Shown: one piece after another, positions 39,401-49,700 of the stretch
How positions within the stretch are numbered: position 1 is the first letter of the stretch
Layout: the number at the start of each line of letters is the position of its first letter
Source: Convolutriloba macropyga
Lineage: Eukaryota
Assembly (NCBI RefSeq): GCF_964194025.1
Contig: NC_134471.1
Coordinates: 26,350,001 to 26,414,000 of the forward strand
Direction: 5' to 3'
Length of the DNA stretch: 64,000 nt
Made by a program: the position numbers and the translations under genes
Notes under the pieces: model-generated
Told to the model about the DNA's origin: nothing
The model's input: the letters and a program-made list of their open reading frames with translations, nothing else
Database searches by the model: none

Positions 39401-40942
39401 TGTTGTCATGGACAAACAGAAATAACTAAACCCAATATTAATATCTACTATACAGCGTTCATACAAACGTTGCCGAAAAACTAACAAGCTCAAGGCATCT
39501 CCAGCAAAAAAAATGTTCTTCGAGGAAATGGAACGAGATTTATGGAGAATCATCGAAAACTTCAAATTCAGAAAAGCAATCTGAGGGGCTACAAGCAATT
39601 TGTTTTTCAGTTACAATACAATCAAACGGGCCCAAACTCTTCCATAGATCTTCAAACAAGTTAAAGATTCTAGGTTATCTAGAAATTTAAATAAATAAAT
39701 CACAAAGACGATTTGCATTTCAAGACATTTTTCAACTAGATGATGCTCCTGTGCATAAGTTTAAGATTGCTAGCAATTTCGTGAGGGAATAGCAGCAAGG
39801 TGCACTAGAAGTATTAGCAAATTGTCCATATTTGAATGCAATTGAAAAAGTATGGACAATATTGCACCACAATAACTAAGACAGTAGTGGAAAAATTTGG
39901 AATTAAAAGTGTCGAAAATTTCACTGAGATGTCGTTATAAACTTGTAAGGAAACTATATAAACCCTCTACTAGATGTTTAAAAATTTAATGGCGTAATGA
40001 CTCGTTAATAGAGAACTGATTTGAACACAGAATGTTGTATTATTTGACGTTTGTGGCGCTTTTTAAAAACTCCTAAGGTGTAGGAAGCTTTTTGGAACAT
40101 TAGTGTTTCTGCTTCAAAACACTTAGGTACGATTTTAGTTTTGTTAAAACCCTGATAGAAATATATCTTGAAAAGGTACTTAAATCCTATTAAATCTATT
40201 CTCCTTTTTAAAAGAACTAGTTTCTTATCCTTTTAAAACTTTGCCTATTTTGTCTGAAAGAGGTTTTCTAATGGGGGGAAACATTTAAAATGTTCACGTT
40301 TATTAACAAAAACTAGGGAAGCTGTTTGAAATGATCGTCAGATTTTGCGGGACATTATTTCGGACATGGTCCTTTAATAAAGTTCTCTGGAATTTATTAC
40401 GTCAGTAAAGTTTTTGTATGTGACGTAGTAAGGCAACTTGTCAACAAGTCGTTTATGGTGCTAGGACAATAAATCGAAAGACAACAGATCGAAAGCGAAA
40501 AATGGGACAATAGATCAAAATTAAATTATTCAAGTTGCGTATTGGCCAATCAGATTTAAGCCCTCATTTAATAAGCACATTAAGATGTTCTGTTGTGATA
40601 TTTTGTTCGGTTGCAATAGATTCATATCAAGTCCCACGGGCCGTTAAGGCATGGTCATGGCTCGCGAGGCATGGCCATTATGTGGTAATTATATTGCAGC
40701 TCGCAAATAATGCTTAATTTCAACCAATAAGGATAGATTAATTTTCGATCTATTCTCCCAATTTTTCTGTTTTCGATCAGTTGTCCTTTCGATCTATTGT
40801 CCGATCACCGTCTTTTATTTCATTTCAGGCATCGACTCCTGGTGACAATTCGACGAGAACACGAATTGAGAACAACGAAGACTATCCTCCAGTCTACAAT
40901 CAAGTGGTCCTGTACGATCACATCACCAGGAGGAAAACTTAA
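24297..40942 (+). CDS. CFAP299: Cilia- and flagella-associated protein 299 (C4orf22 family), join 24297-24401, 28225-28355, 29123-29213, 29537-29809, 40829-40942; 237 aa
   Basis: The spliced translation ([36 protein letters not shown]../..[61 protein letters not shown]) follows the C4orf22/CFAP299 sequence as I recall it. All introns are GT-AG and in phase. Confidence 0.93.
26145..26463. repeat. Second copy of the 1-319 repeat, in CFAP299 intron 1
   Basis: Direct match to the window start. Confidence 0.9.
27039..27192. repeat. Short tandem duplication, ~82-bp period
   Basis: ACGGTTTTT(T)AACGAATTTGAG...GATTTATCTCT at 27039 and 27121. Confidence 0.85.
27995..28066 (+). mobile_element. 3' terminus of a HINE-like element (5' end not located)
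   Basis: AAGTCAAAAAT..GGGGTCGGAACATTATATGCGAACGCACATTATCGAGCATCCTTGTT, homologous to 17510-17585 and 56317-56390. Confidence 0.6.
28225..28355 (+). CDS. CFAP299: CFAP299 exon 2
   Basis: Acceptor TTCATAG, donor GTTAGC. Confidence 0.9.
29123..29213 (+). CDS. CFAP299: CFAP299 exon 3
   Basis: Acceptor TTCATAG, donor GTGAGT. Confidence 0.9.
29537..29809 (+). CDS. CFAP299: CFAP299 exon 4
   Basis: Acceptor TTTCAG, donor GTTAGT. Confidence 0.93.
31651..32874 (+). CDS. gag: Gag of Gypsy element (407 aa) with double zinc knuckle
   Basis: [21 protein letters not shown], the arrangement typical of Mag-clade Gag. Confidence 0.88.
   Translation: MAQSTMARSPLGVNFFWDKGHQPEIEWEKWLATVKLAIMVKENIQVDKLLQPRPENEDLDYPTEPHYEPALPDETTAKRRQREQRNVKRRTDWQNSCKDIEDKGPQVDNIPWEEADNKTKSHIYLSLGTQATNTFHQRFPHTDIQKCTTDALVEQLRESFIQTRNETFDRYQFFRCRQKEGESLEVFHSRIKKHASVCNWEHMEESLVKSIFMQGMNNQQIQMDLLSEARTPSETLQYALARERGQESQQIMRNTYTNTLQANPWFEKIQYIKRQNRVPILPTPQSGQIQDCRRCGNKFLPGHLNVCPAKNEISRICKKIGHFAKQCKSGMPPRPQYNPQQRRQQNYPGQQTYSGYQQQQKSNQLVQRKTSQKMRNINEEEQEDIHNSTEETIDPESTCYIREMMED
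32875..37834 (+). pseudogene. pol: pol (protease, RT, RNase H, integrase, long C-terminal tail) broken by stops, a deletion and frameshifts
   Basis: LADTGS protease; [10 protein letters not shown] and AFLDD RT; CDAS..ELELLAV..TDHQAL RNase H; H-H-C-C, MDFAGP, CDQ and NGMIER integrase pieces in different frames. Confidence 0.92.
39400..40110 (+). mobile_element. Degenerate Tc1 (DD34E) transposon remnant; boundaries approximate
   Basis: 39724-39865 translates [12 protein letters not shown]...*...[12 protein letters not shown] (cf. FQQDNAPxH...SPDLNPIENVW) with exactly 34 residues between D and E. Confidence 0.7.
40456..40810. mobile_element. MITE-like element with ~70-bp imperfect terminal inverted repeats
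   Basis: GGTGCTAGGACAATAAATCGAAAGACAACAGATCGAAA... versus ...TTTCGATCAGTTGTCCTTTCGATCTATTGTCCGATCACC. Confidence 0.8.
40829..40942 (+). CDS. CFAP299: CFAP299 exon 5 (stop)
   Basis: Acceptor ATTTCAG; ends [11 protein letters not shown]. Confidence 0.9.
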   Translation, partial: ASTPGDNSTRTRIENNEDYPPVYNQVVLYDHITRRKT

Positions 40943-41939
40943 CGCAAACCAAGTCTCAGTCTCCGCAATTTTCCAAAGGAGCTAGTTTAATCTGCCTCTG
41001 CCATTATATTATTGTTCAAAGAATACAAAATTAGAACAAATTGACGCTTTCAAAGTAGCTGTTTTTAGCTTTAGCGCCCTCAACTTGCTGTGGCATCAAA
41101 ACATAACTGTTTTTCCTTAGTCAAAATATTGGCAAACTTACTGTATTCTAGTTATCGTGAAAAGATTTTTTAATGTATCTTCCTTTTTAATTTTCACAGA
41201 CCCATTCATCAAAATCAAAGTAATCAACTGCTACCTATTTTCTTGTAGTATTGATCGCAAGACGAATCACATCCCAAACATACAATTATATCTCAACCAT
41301 AACCGGCAGATTGCCAGAAAATTGCACCGCTCTCAGAACAGAGCATTCAAAATTAGGTTTTCGAGATAGAAAATTTAAAAAATCAAATCATCGGCTTCTA
41401 GAGCACAAAAATTTGGGGCACAATTTCCGTGCCTTCAATTAACCAATGTTTAAAAATCAAACTTCGTCAAGTGCAGAGTGCAAAAGTTAAATTTGCCGTA
41501 CGAGGTAAGTCAAAACTTTTGATAAAAATGACGTAAAAGCTGACACCACTGAGAGTAAATTATGACATCAGTCATTCAATTTCAATCTTTGGGGGCAGAA
41601 ATCACTGAAAAAGATGCCAAATGGTCACAAGAATTGCTGTAGACGATCAATTAATACAGCATGCAAGACAAGTCCTGAACTACAAGAAAAAAAGCACAAC
41701 TTGTGACTCAAACAATACTCAAAAGATATACTCAATGGACCATGCCAAAGAGCTTTTCTTTAATGAGACATAAGGAGATAGAGGAAAACAAAAACAGCTG
41801 ACAGATCGTCAGGAAGTAGCAGCTATAGCTTTGTAGATTTGCAGTCTCGAAAAAGAATCTATAATTTATTGCTGTTTCTATTAGCTGCTTCTATATAACT
41901 TCACTCTTCAATTAGAGTGACACATTAAAGTGATAAAAG

Positions 41940-42790
41940 GTCAATTCGAGAGAGGAAGTCTTTTTTGAAAGAGAGGTAAGTCACGTGCGGCTAAAACTTA
42001 TGAAGCGGATCAACAAAAAACTCGCTCCACTAAGAGTTAAAAATGACGTCACATGCAATTTAGTCATGGCCTCATGCTCAAAACAAAAATCCTGAAGAAT
42101 AAAAAACAGCAAAAATTAAATATACAAAAATTTCAACAAGTCTCGTCCTAAAAATTAAAGAATTATCATTGACTTAAGAAAAAACTAGACCTAGAATTGA
42201 TTATGCATGGCTTATGGCTTAGAAAAACTATTGAGAAAAAATCCGAACACAAAATCGAAAAAACATTTTCAAAAGTCAAATCGCCGAATATTATTACTTC
42301 TATTGGTTTAAGCACTATTTACATTATCAAAAGTGCTCTACAATAGATTTCTTCTTGTACAGTAGCGCTGTAAAAGACTTCCAATTCAAGAGGGGAAGCC
42401 TTTTTTGAAAGAGAGGTAAGTCAAGTGCAGCCAAAAAATTATGAAGCGGATAAACAAAAAACTCTCTCAACCAAGAGTTAAAAATCACGTCACACATGCA
42501 ATTTAGTCGTGGCCTCATGCTCAAAACAGAAATCCTGACGAATTAGAAACAGCAAAATTTAATACATACGATAATATAAACAAGTTCTGTCCTAAAGAAT
42601 GATCATTGACTTAAGGAAAAACGACCTAGAATGGATTATGCATGGCTTCAAAAAAACTTTCGAAAATCTGATTAAGAAAATCGAAAAACATTTTTAAAAG
42701 ATAAATTGCCACAAATTATTATTATTTTAAAAATTGGTTTAAGCACTAACTACATAAACAAAAGTGCTTTACAACAGATTTCTTAAAACA
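41940..42790. repeat. Diverged tandem duplication, ~440-bp unit
   Basis: TTTTTTGAAAGAGAGGTAAGTCA..TATGAAGCGGAT..GGCCTCATGCTCAAAACA..TTGGTTTAAGCACTA occurs twice in the same order. Confidence 0.8.
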
Positions 42791-42849
42791 AAAAAGTTTT
42801 TAGTTTCTGAATGCAATTTTGTTTGATGAAAGTTCTTTCAAAGGAAGTC

Positions 42850-43240
42850 TCTTCCATTCAAGAGGAACTGCAAAGTCGAATAATCTTTTTCCGAAAGCTG
42901 TCTGCAAATCTGAAGTTTGAAAGTTGTAAATATAGAGATCTTGTCACTTTGCCATTTCGAGATACCAGCGAGTTAAGATAGTCTGCAAGTCTTTGCGGAT
43001 GGTGATCCAGACGATGACCCGTCAGAAGAATTTTGAAAATACGTTTTTGTACAGGTAACCAGTGCAACTGTTAAATAAAAATCCGAAGTTGGTGTGCCAG
43101 GTGATAGTCGAAAAATTAATCTGCATTCAAAGTTCATTATCCTTTGTAATTCCTGAAGGAGAACGTCGGGCAACCCATCGAAAAGCCAATTACAATAGTG
43201 ATGCCTAGTGTGAATAAAAACTCACTAATAGTCGCATATA
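42850..43240 (-). mobile_element. L2-type LINE ORF2 3' fragment, degenerate
   Basis: GLPDVLLQELQRIMN..CRLIF...LHWLPVQKRI.KILL, motifs typical of the C-terminus of L2/CR1-group ORF2. Confidence 0.72.
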
Positions 43241-44569
43241 TTGCTTTGCGGCTGTTAAAAACAATACATATGAAGAAACGGAAAAGGTAAAGAAAGGAAC
43301 ACATAGATATTGGCAAAATCTTTGTCGCCAACAACAACCTTCAATAATTGTGACGTCTCATTATTTCTTCTCCCGAGAACCTATAAACTTCATTATTTGC
43401 TACTCAAACTGCGAACAAATTAAGAAGAACACGAAATGTCCGTTTCATTCATTTTCGGTTCATTCATTTTCAGTAAAATGGCCTATCAACCTAAAAACTG
43501 GCCTATCAACCTAAAAATGACTATATAAAACATCAGAAACGTCGGAATAACATCGGAAAAATTGCTCTCGAATGACAGGCGCAGCAATTTATTTTAGGGG
43601 CTGTAGCTTAGATTAATTTTTCTTTATGGGTGCGAAGACATCAGCCAAAGGTAGGGTTCGTTCGAACCCCGAGCTCCTGAGTCCGATTGCGTCACCTCAA
43701 CAGAGGTATTAACAACACTCGTCAATCAGTTTCTTGCAAGCGTCTCTCTAACAATCGGTTTTTGTTTGAGCAACAAACTTTATTTCAGAGTGAGAGCAAT
43801 TGAAATCTTGAGCACTTGAGAAGTCAAAGAAAAGCGCAAAAATGGTCAAGCAAAAAATCTGCATTTAGAAAGACATACAAGTTTGCAATAATTGATTCTC
43901 ATTTGAGAGCAATTAATAACAGTAATCAATCGAAAGTTCGTCTATACTAGTCCAATCTTTGACCGCCAAAACTCTAACAGTAAAACATTTAAAAAAGCCA
44001 ATGGCTGCAAAAGGCGCAACCTGACAAAATTGCATCTAAAAGTCTAATGTAATGTATACTTCAAATCCGATCGGTTCCCAAAATTACTATTGCTGGTTAA
44101 AATATGTCAGTAAAATCACTTTAGCAGGAAAAGTTGAGCAAAAAAAGCTTTCGAAAAAGCCGAAAGTGAAGAATTTTAGGTCGCTTGGTGAAAGTTTGTG
44201 CCTTTTTTCGCTATAATTTATAATCCGACGTGAACAATTAACTATTCTCTATTACTCAAATTTTTTTCACGCGCGTTATAGAGATCAATAATATCCTCGC
44301 CATCTCTTCGCGGCTATTTATAAAGACTGATTTTTGGCGCGAGATCGTATCCGTAAAAGTTCCCTTGTTAATCTATCCCTATTCTGATAATTATTAGAAC
44401 TCAGGCTATATCAAGTGTAAATTCATCTGATATCCGTAAATTCGTTCAACTAAAATTAAAATATCTATTTCCATAAACAAAAATGTTTTTAATAACAAGT
44501 TCTGAAAGCTGAAACAACCAAATTCATTTGTAAAGCAAAGAAGTTCATTCAATTTAACGCAAGAGTCAT

Positions 44570-45112
44570 TCAATGTTTGGTTTTACGCGATTTCGAACCT
44601 GTAGCTTTTGACATTGCAACGGATTTTCTCCCTGATTTTGGACTAGAGGGGCCACTTTGCTTCGAAGATTTTTTAGCAGCTGGTGATTTACTTGTATCGT
44701 TACTCACGGATTTTTCCTCCTTCTTATGTAACTTTGACCTGGGAATTCTGAACACGCCGTTCGCTCCAACAGAAGCATCAGATGCGTGAGCAATGTCCCC
44801 TTCCTCCAACATGGACAAAATGTTCTTCCTAATAAGACCTGTCAGTCGATTTTCACTGACGTCATAGTTTTCCTTCACGTATTTCTGAATAGCAGCCCGG
44901 CTAACTCCAGCTCTGTTATGTAATGTAGTTACCGCTTCCGTAATCATATCACGAATAGTCTTTTTGGAACTTGAAGGGGGTTTGGGCGAAGTTTTTGACG
45001 TTGGCTTTGGGGACTCTTTTGACGCATCTTTCGTTTTATCGGGTTTTGATTTCTTGCTGCTTTGCTCTTCAGCTTGGCGTTCTTCCATTTTTCGCTTCGA
45101 ACCCTTTCCCAT
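44570..45112 (-). CDS. Linker histone H1/H5-like protein (180 aa, intronless)
   Basis: Globular domain MITEAVTTLHNRAGVSRAAIQKYVKENY...GANGVFRI flanked by K/S/P-rich tails with SPK motifs. Confidence 0.88.
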   Translation of the reverse strand: MGKGSKRKMEERQAEEQSSKKSKPDKTKDASKESPKPTSKTSPKPPSSSKKTIRDMITEAVTTLHNRAGVSRAAIQKYVKENYDVSENRLTGLIRKNILSMLEEGDIAHASDASVGANGVFRIPRSKLHKKEEKSVSNDTSKSPAAKKSSKQSGPSSPKSGRKSVAMSKATGSKSRKTKH

Positions 45113-45524
45113 TATAACAGGAATTTAGACAATTTCCAACACAAATAAATAATTCACAAGTTGAAGGTCAGATTTTATTTCGCAATGGGTGGCGGAATTT
45201 CAAGTAACTGATTTCAAAGTTTCAGACAATAGAGCAAAAGGCACTGAAAAAGGTCAAACAAAACGGTCATTGTGTCTGGTTAGAAAACTGAAATCAAAGC
45301 AATTCGAAAGACCTCCATCTAATGAGATTTTAGCAATTGCGGCTCAGGGGAGAATCAATAAAAAGTCAGGACATCTAATATGCATAGGTTCAGATTTTAC
45401 GCTTTTGTCCGCTTATACTTCGTATGTTCTCTTTTATTTCCCAACTCTATCAAACTACAGTAGAGGATGTAAATTTCCATCATGCAAAAGACCCGCACCA
45501 TATTTTCTTAAAATTTGAAACGTA

Positions 45525-48500
45525 ACCAACTAATGTTGGGCTAATTGCTCTCAAGACGACCCGCAAGACGTTGGCACCGTTGGTAGCCAGCTTGGAGATA
45601 GGACAGCAAGCATTAAGAGTATATTAGGTGGAGGGGTTAGGAGATGTGTGGGGAGCCTATGGACGGGGCTTCCTAATTGACGTGGTTGGGGGCTTAACTG
45701 AGGTCTGTGTGCGCTGAGAGCATGATTTTACCTGTCTTCGCAGCAACTTCAGTGACGGAAACTTAGACTAGTAAAACTTTTACGAGATCAGTCTGTTTAG
45801 CCCGTTGTTGAGGACGAAAAGTCAAACCAAACCAATCACAAACAGTCGGTCGTACAAAAAATTGCATAAACAGGAAAATTTTTTTCTATTATTAATTTTA
45901 AACTTCAAAATTGCCTCATTTGAAGCATTTATTAGTGTGAGGTTTTTGATTGAGTAGCATAAAGGTCATGGTAGGTTCTCCTCTGTAAAAGCTAGCACGA
46001 AAACATTTATTACATTAGAGGGAGTTTTTATAGGAAATTTTATGGGAGTTTTTATAAAAAAAGAGTAAAAAATACTCGCTCATTTACATTTAACACTAGA
46101 ACAACAAATACAAAAGAAGAGCACACAAAATCAAAAATTTTGTTCAGAAGTTATTATTACTGCTCTTCGAACAAAACCGGATATTTTGTTAAAAAAATAT
46201 CGATTTCGCATGCGCAAATGGCAAAGTTTCCATTGGCCTGACTTAGTCCGCAGCAAGTTAAGAGATTATTAGTTGTCTGGTGAAGCTCACTGTACCTGAT
46301 TGAATGACAAAAAGCTTGAGAAGTTTAAAATTATAGCATCCCGATAAATTTTGAGACAACAGGGCAAACGTTCGTAAGTTGAACTCATAGCACCAGGCGA
46401 GAACTTAATGGTCTCTTAGATGTTTAGAATACATCAGTTTTTTGTACTTACAAACTGCCTTTACCAAGGGATGCTTTTGTTACTTAATAGTTATAAACCG
46501 ATAGAGTGAATACAACTCGCCTTCTTAAAAACTATACTACTAACTTTATTACGATAGATTACTAAACTACAAAGCTATGACCATCCCTCGACAAGTCAGC
46601 TCGAAAAAGACAAGCAATCATCTAACGTTGGGTTAAACGCTCTTTAACGATTGGCGAGACGTTCGCATCGGCAGTAGCTAGCTTGGACTTGAGGAGACAA
46701 ACATTACGGAGTACATTAGGAGTGGGAGCGGGCGTAGGACTGACAATTAAAGTGGGGGCTAGGTGTGTATATGAGTGCAGGGGGCTAGGAGTGCAATGAA
46801 GGGATTAAAATCCCCAAAAATGGCCCTCAAAAGGAATATTTAATGTATACTATGCAACTTACCTGATTGGTAGACTTAAACAAAAGTAAAACTCTATGAA
46901 CTCAGTCACTTGATGCAATCAGGGAATTATCTGTTCACACCGTTGCTTTGGACAAACAGTTATATGATTAGAAAAGAATACTATCAGACAAAAGGTCGGT
47001 AGTACCAGAAGTCAAAAAACGAAGATTAACAGGACTAATACAATTACTATAAACTTTGTTTGATAGCAATATAAATTTTTGAAATCAATATTCAGCTAAT
47101 CAAAAAAACGAGACTCTGGTTAGGTGAAAAATTGAAATCCACAAAAAATGAAGCACTCAACATGGCGTTTAACAAGCAAATGTTTTTACACGCGTGGCAA
47201 GCAACGAAAAATGTCAAAATTTAAAACGTTCAACAGAAAAAATTATACTTCAAAATAACCCAATTTATACTTTGAAACACTTATCAATACGAGGTCTCTC
47301 ACTGTGAAGCAAAAACGCCAGGGAAGGTTTTGCTCTGTAATCGCTAGCGCAAAACATTTATTAATGATTGCAATTATTTCTTGAACCTAAGCCAGGTTCA
47401 TGAAAAAACTCAACTCAAACTCAAGATAAAAGCTCGTCAAGCAAATAATTATTAGGACAAAACACAAAAAAAATTTCTCGTTAATTGAAATCAACGCTAC
47501 AGCAATAAAAATTTGAATCAACAGAATTTGAAGCACTTATCATGACGCTTGTCAAGCTCGACAGTTTATACAGGCTGGGAAAGCCACAAAAATTGATGAA
47601 AGTTCAAACGTTCAACAGCAAAAATTGTTTTCTATTAATAATTTCATATTTCAAAATAAATCAATTTATACTTCTAAGGAACTACATTTGACAAGGGAAG
47701 CTTTTGTTATTTTAGAGCTAAGAAGCGTCACAGTACGCTGATTGTAATTAATGAGAAATATTTTTTAAATTGTATTTTCTCTCCTTAACGAGCCACAAAC
47801 ACTCTCTAATAATTTGCTTGGCGAGAGCGTTTTTCATTTTATTTTAGCTACTCATTCTTTTTGGAGAGTTTATCTTCGCAGCTACAAACAACCATTGTCA
47901 GATGTAGTTTCGAAACGACAAACACAACAGACCAACGTTGGGCTAATTGGTCTCAGGCGACCAGGGAGGTTGACTTAGGAAGTAGTTAGCATTCAATAAG
48001 TTTGAGAGCAATTCAAAACAAACTTTTGAAATCAGTTTTCCGGAAAGATGTCAATCTGCCTCGGTGACAATTTCAATCCACAAAATTGGAAGCACCTATT
48101 ATGACGCTTGACAAGTACAAGTGTTTATAGTCTTGGAAAGCAACAAAATCTGATTGAAAATCAAAACGTTCAACACCAAAAATTAGTCTTCTATTAACAA
48201 TTTTATATTTCAAAATAACCCAATTTATACTATGAAGCATTTGCCAGTTGGAGGTCTCTCACTGTGAGGCAATGTAACCATGGAGGGGGTTTCTCTGTAA
48301 ACACTCTCATAGAAAAGTTAGCAATGGCGGTAGCCATTATTTCATGAACCTAACTTTCAACTCAAACTTGAATGAAAAAAATGAAAAACGCTCTCGCCAA
48401 GCAAATTATTAGAGAGTGTTTGTGGCTCGTTAAGGAGAGAAAATACAATTTAAAAAATATTTCTCATTAATTACAATCAGCGTTACAGCAATAAAAGACA

Positions 48501-49700
48501 GAGGTTATTTTTACTGCTAATTCTTTGAACAACAGGCTTGAACAATTCATAATTATAGCGTCCTGTTAATTTTAAGAAAAAGCCAAGCCTTCTCATTTTA
48601 ATTTTATAACAAATAGAATTTCATTGGCTCTATGATGTTAACAAAACGTCCCGCATTTTCATCTGGTAGTAGTTTTCACACTGCAATTGACAAGGGAAGC
48701 TTTTATTTAGTAGCTAAAAAGCATCAGAGGGAGTACTCACTACTATTTGATAGATTACTTATCTTCACAGCTATTAGCATTCATTGTCAGAGGTAGTTTG
48801 AAACCGACAAACTAAACAGACAAACGTTGAGCTAATTGATTTAGACGACGTTGACTTATGAAGTAGCCAGCATTGAAGATCTTCAGGGGGCTTGCTATGA
48901 GGTGGCTGGGGGCTTAGCCTTGAGGTGAGTTTCCAAGGGCTGTTAGGGGCCGAATGAGGTTGGTTTCAATCGCCAAAAACACGGTCTTAAAATTATGATT
49001 TTACTTTTTTCTTAGGAGGCAAATTAAAATGAAATTTATTTGACGAAATTCACTTGTTTAAATAAGAACAGTCTCGAACAATTTGCAATTAAAGTAACGT
49101 GTTAACTTTGGGAAAAGAAGCCAAGCGTTACCAATTCGATTTCATAACAAATATAGACAACATTAATAGCTTTTAGATGTTTAGAATACCTTCTGCAGTG
49201 TCGTCTTGTTGTTGTTGTTTTCGAACTATCTTTGACAAGGGAAGCTTTAATACTTATGAAGCGTCCAAGGGACTTTTAATATTCTGCTAATGGATAGATT
49301 ACTTATCTTTACAGCTATCACCATGCCTTGTTAGAGGAAGTTCAAAGGAGATAAACATAAGAAACTAACTTCGGGTTAATTACTCACAGAGGACCATCGA
49401 GATGGCTTCGGCAGTACCAACTTGGATTTAGGCAACATAGGGGAGTGCATTAAGGGAGGGGGCTTCGGAGCGGAGGGGGACCTCAGGGAGCGGATGAAGT
49501 TTCGAGCGTGTCCAGTTAGGAGTGGAATTGAGAGGAGGTGGAGGTTGGGGGAAAGAATTGCGGACGGAGTAAGGGAGCCAAACCGCCAAAAACGGCTTTT
49601 TTCACCATAATTTTTTTCTCTCAATAGCTTCGGCGAAGTGTAAACTTAGAGACTAGTAGGATTAGAAAGGTCAGACAAAAAATCGATCACGCGATAGATT
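45525..49700. repeat. Array of old, diverged ~0.5-1.3-kb repeat units (conserved motif + G-rich tract)
   Basis: AA(C/T)GTTGGGCTAATTG(C/G)TCTCAGACGAC-like motif at ~45532, 46624, 47934, 48823 and 49367, usually preceded by TTTGACAAGGGAAGCTTT..GATAGATTACTTATCTT. Confidence 0.7.
47735..48483. repeat. Perfect ~106-bp inverted repeat (47735-47840 / 48378-48483)
   Basis: ACGCTGATTGTAATTAATGAG...GCGTTTTTCATTTT is the exact reverse complement of AAAATGAAAAACGC...CAATCAGCGT. Confidence 0.9.

Noticed and set aside
43645-43700. tRNA/SINE B-box-like GTTCGAACCC
   Set aside because: It is part of a local palindrome (GGGTTCGTTCGAACCC); no A-box or cloverleaf could be built.
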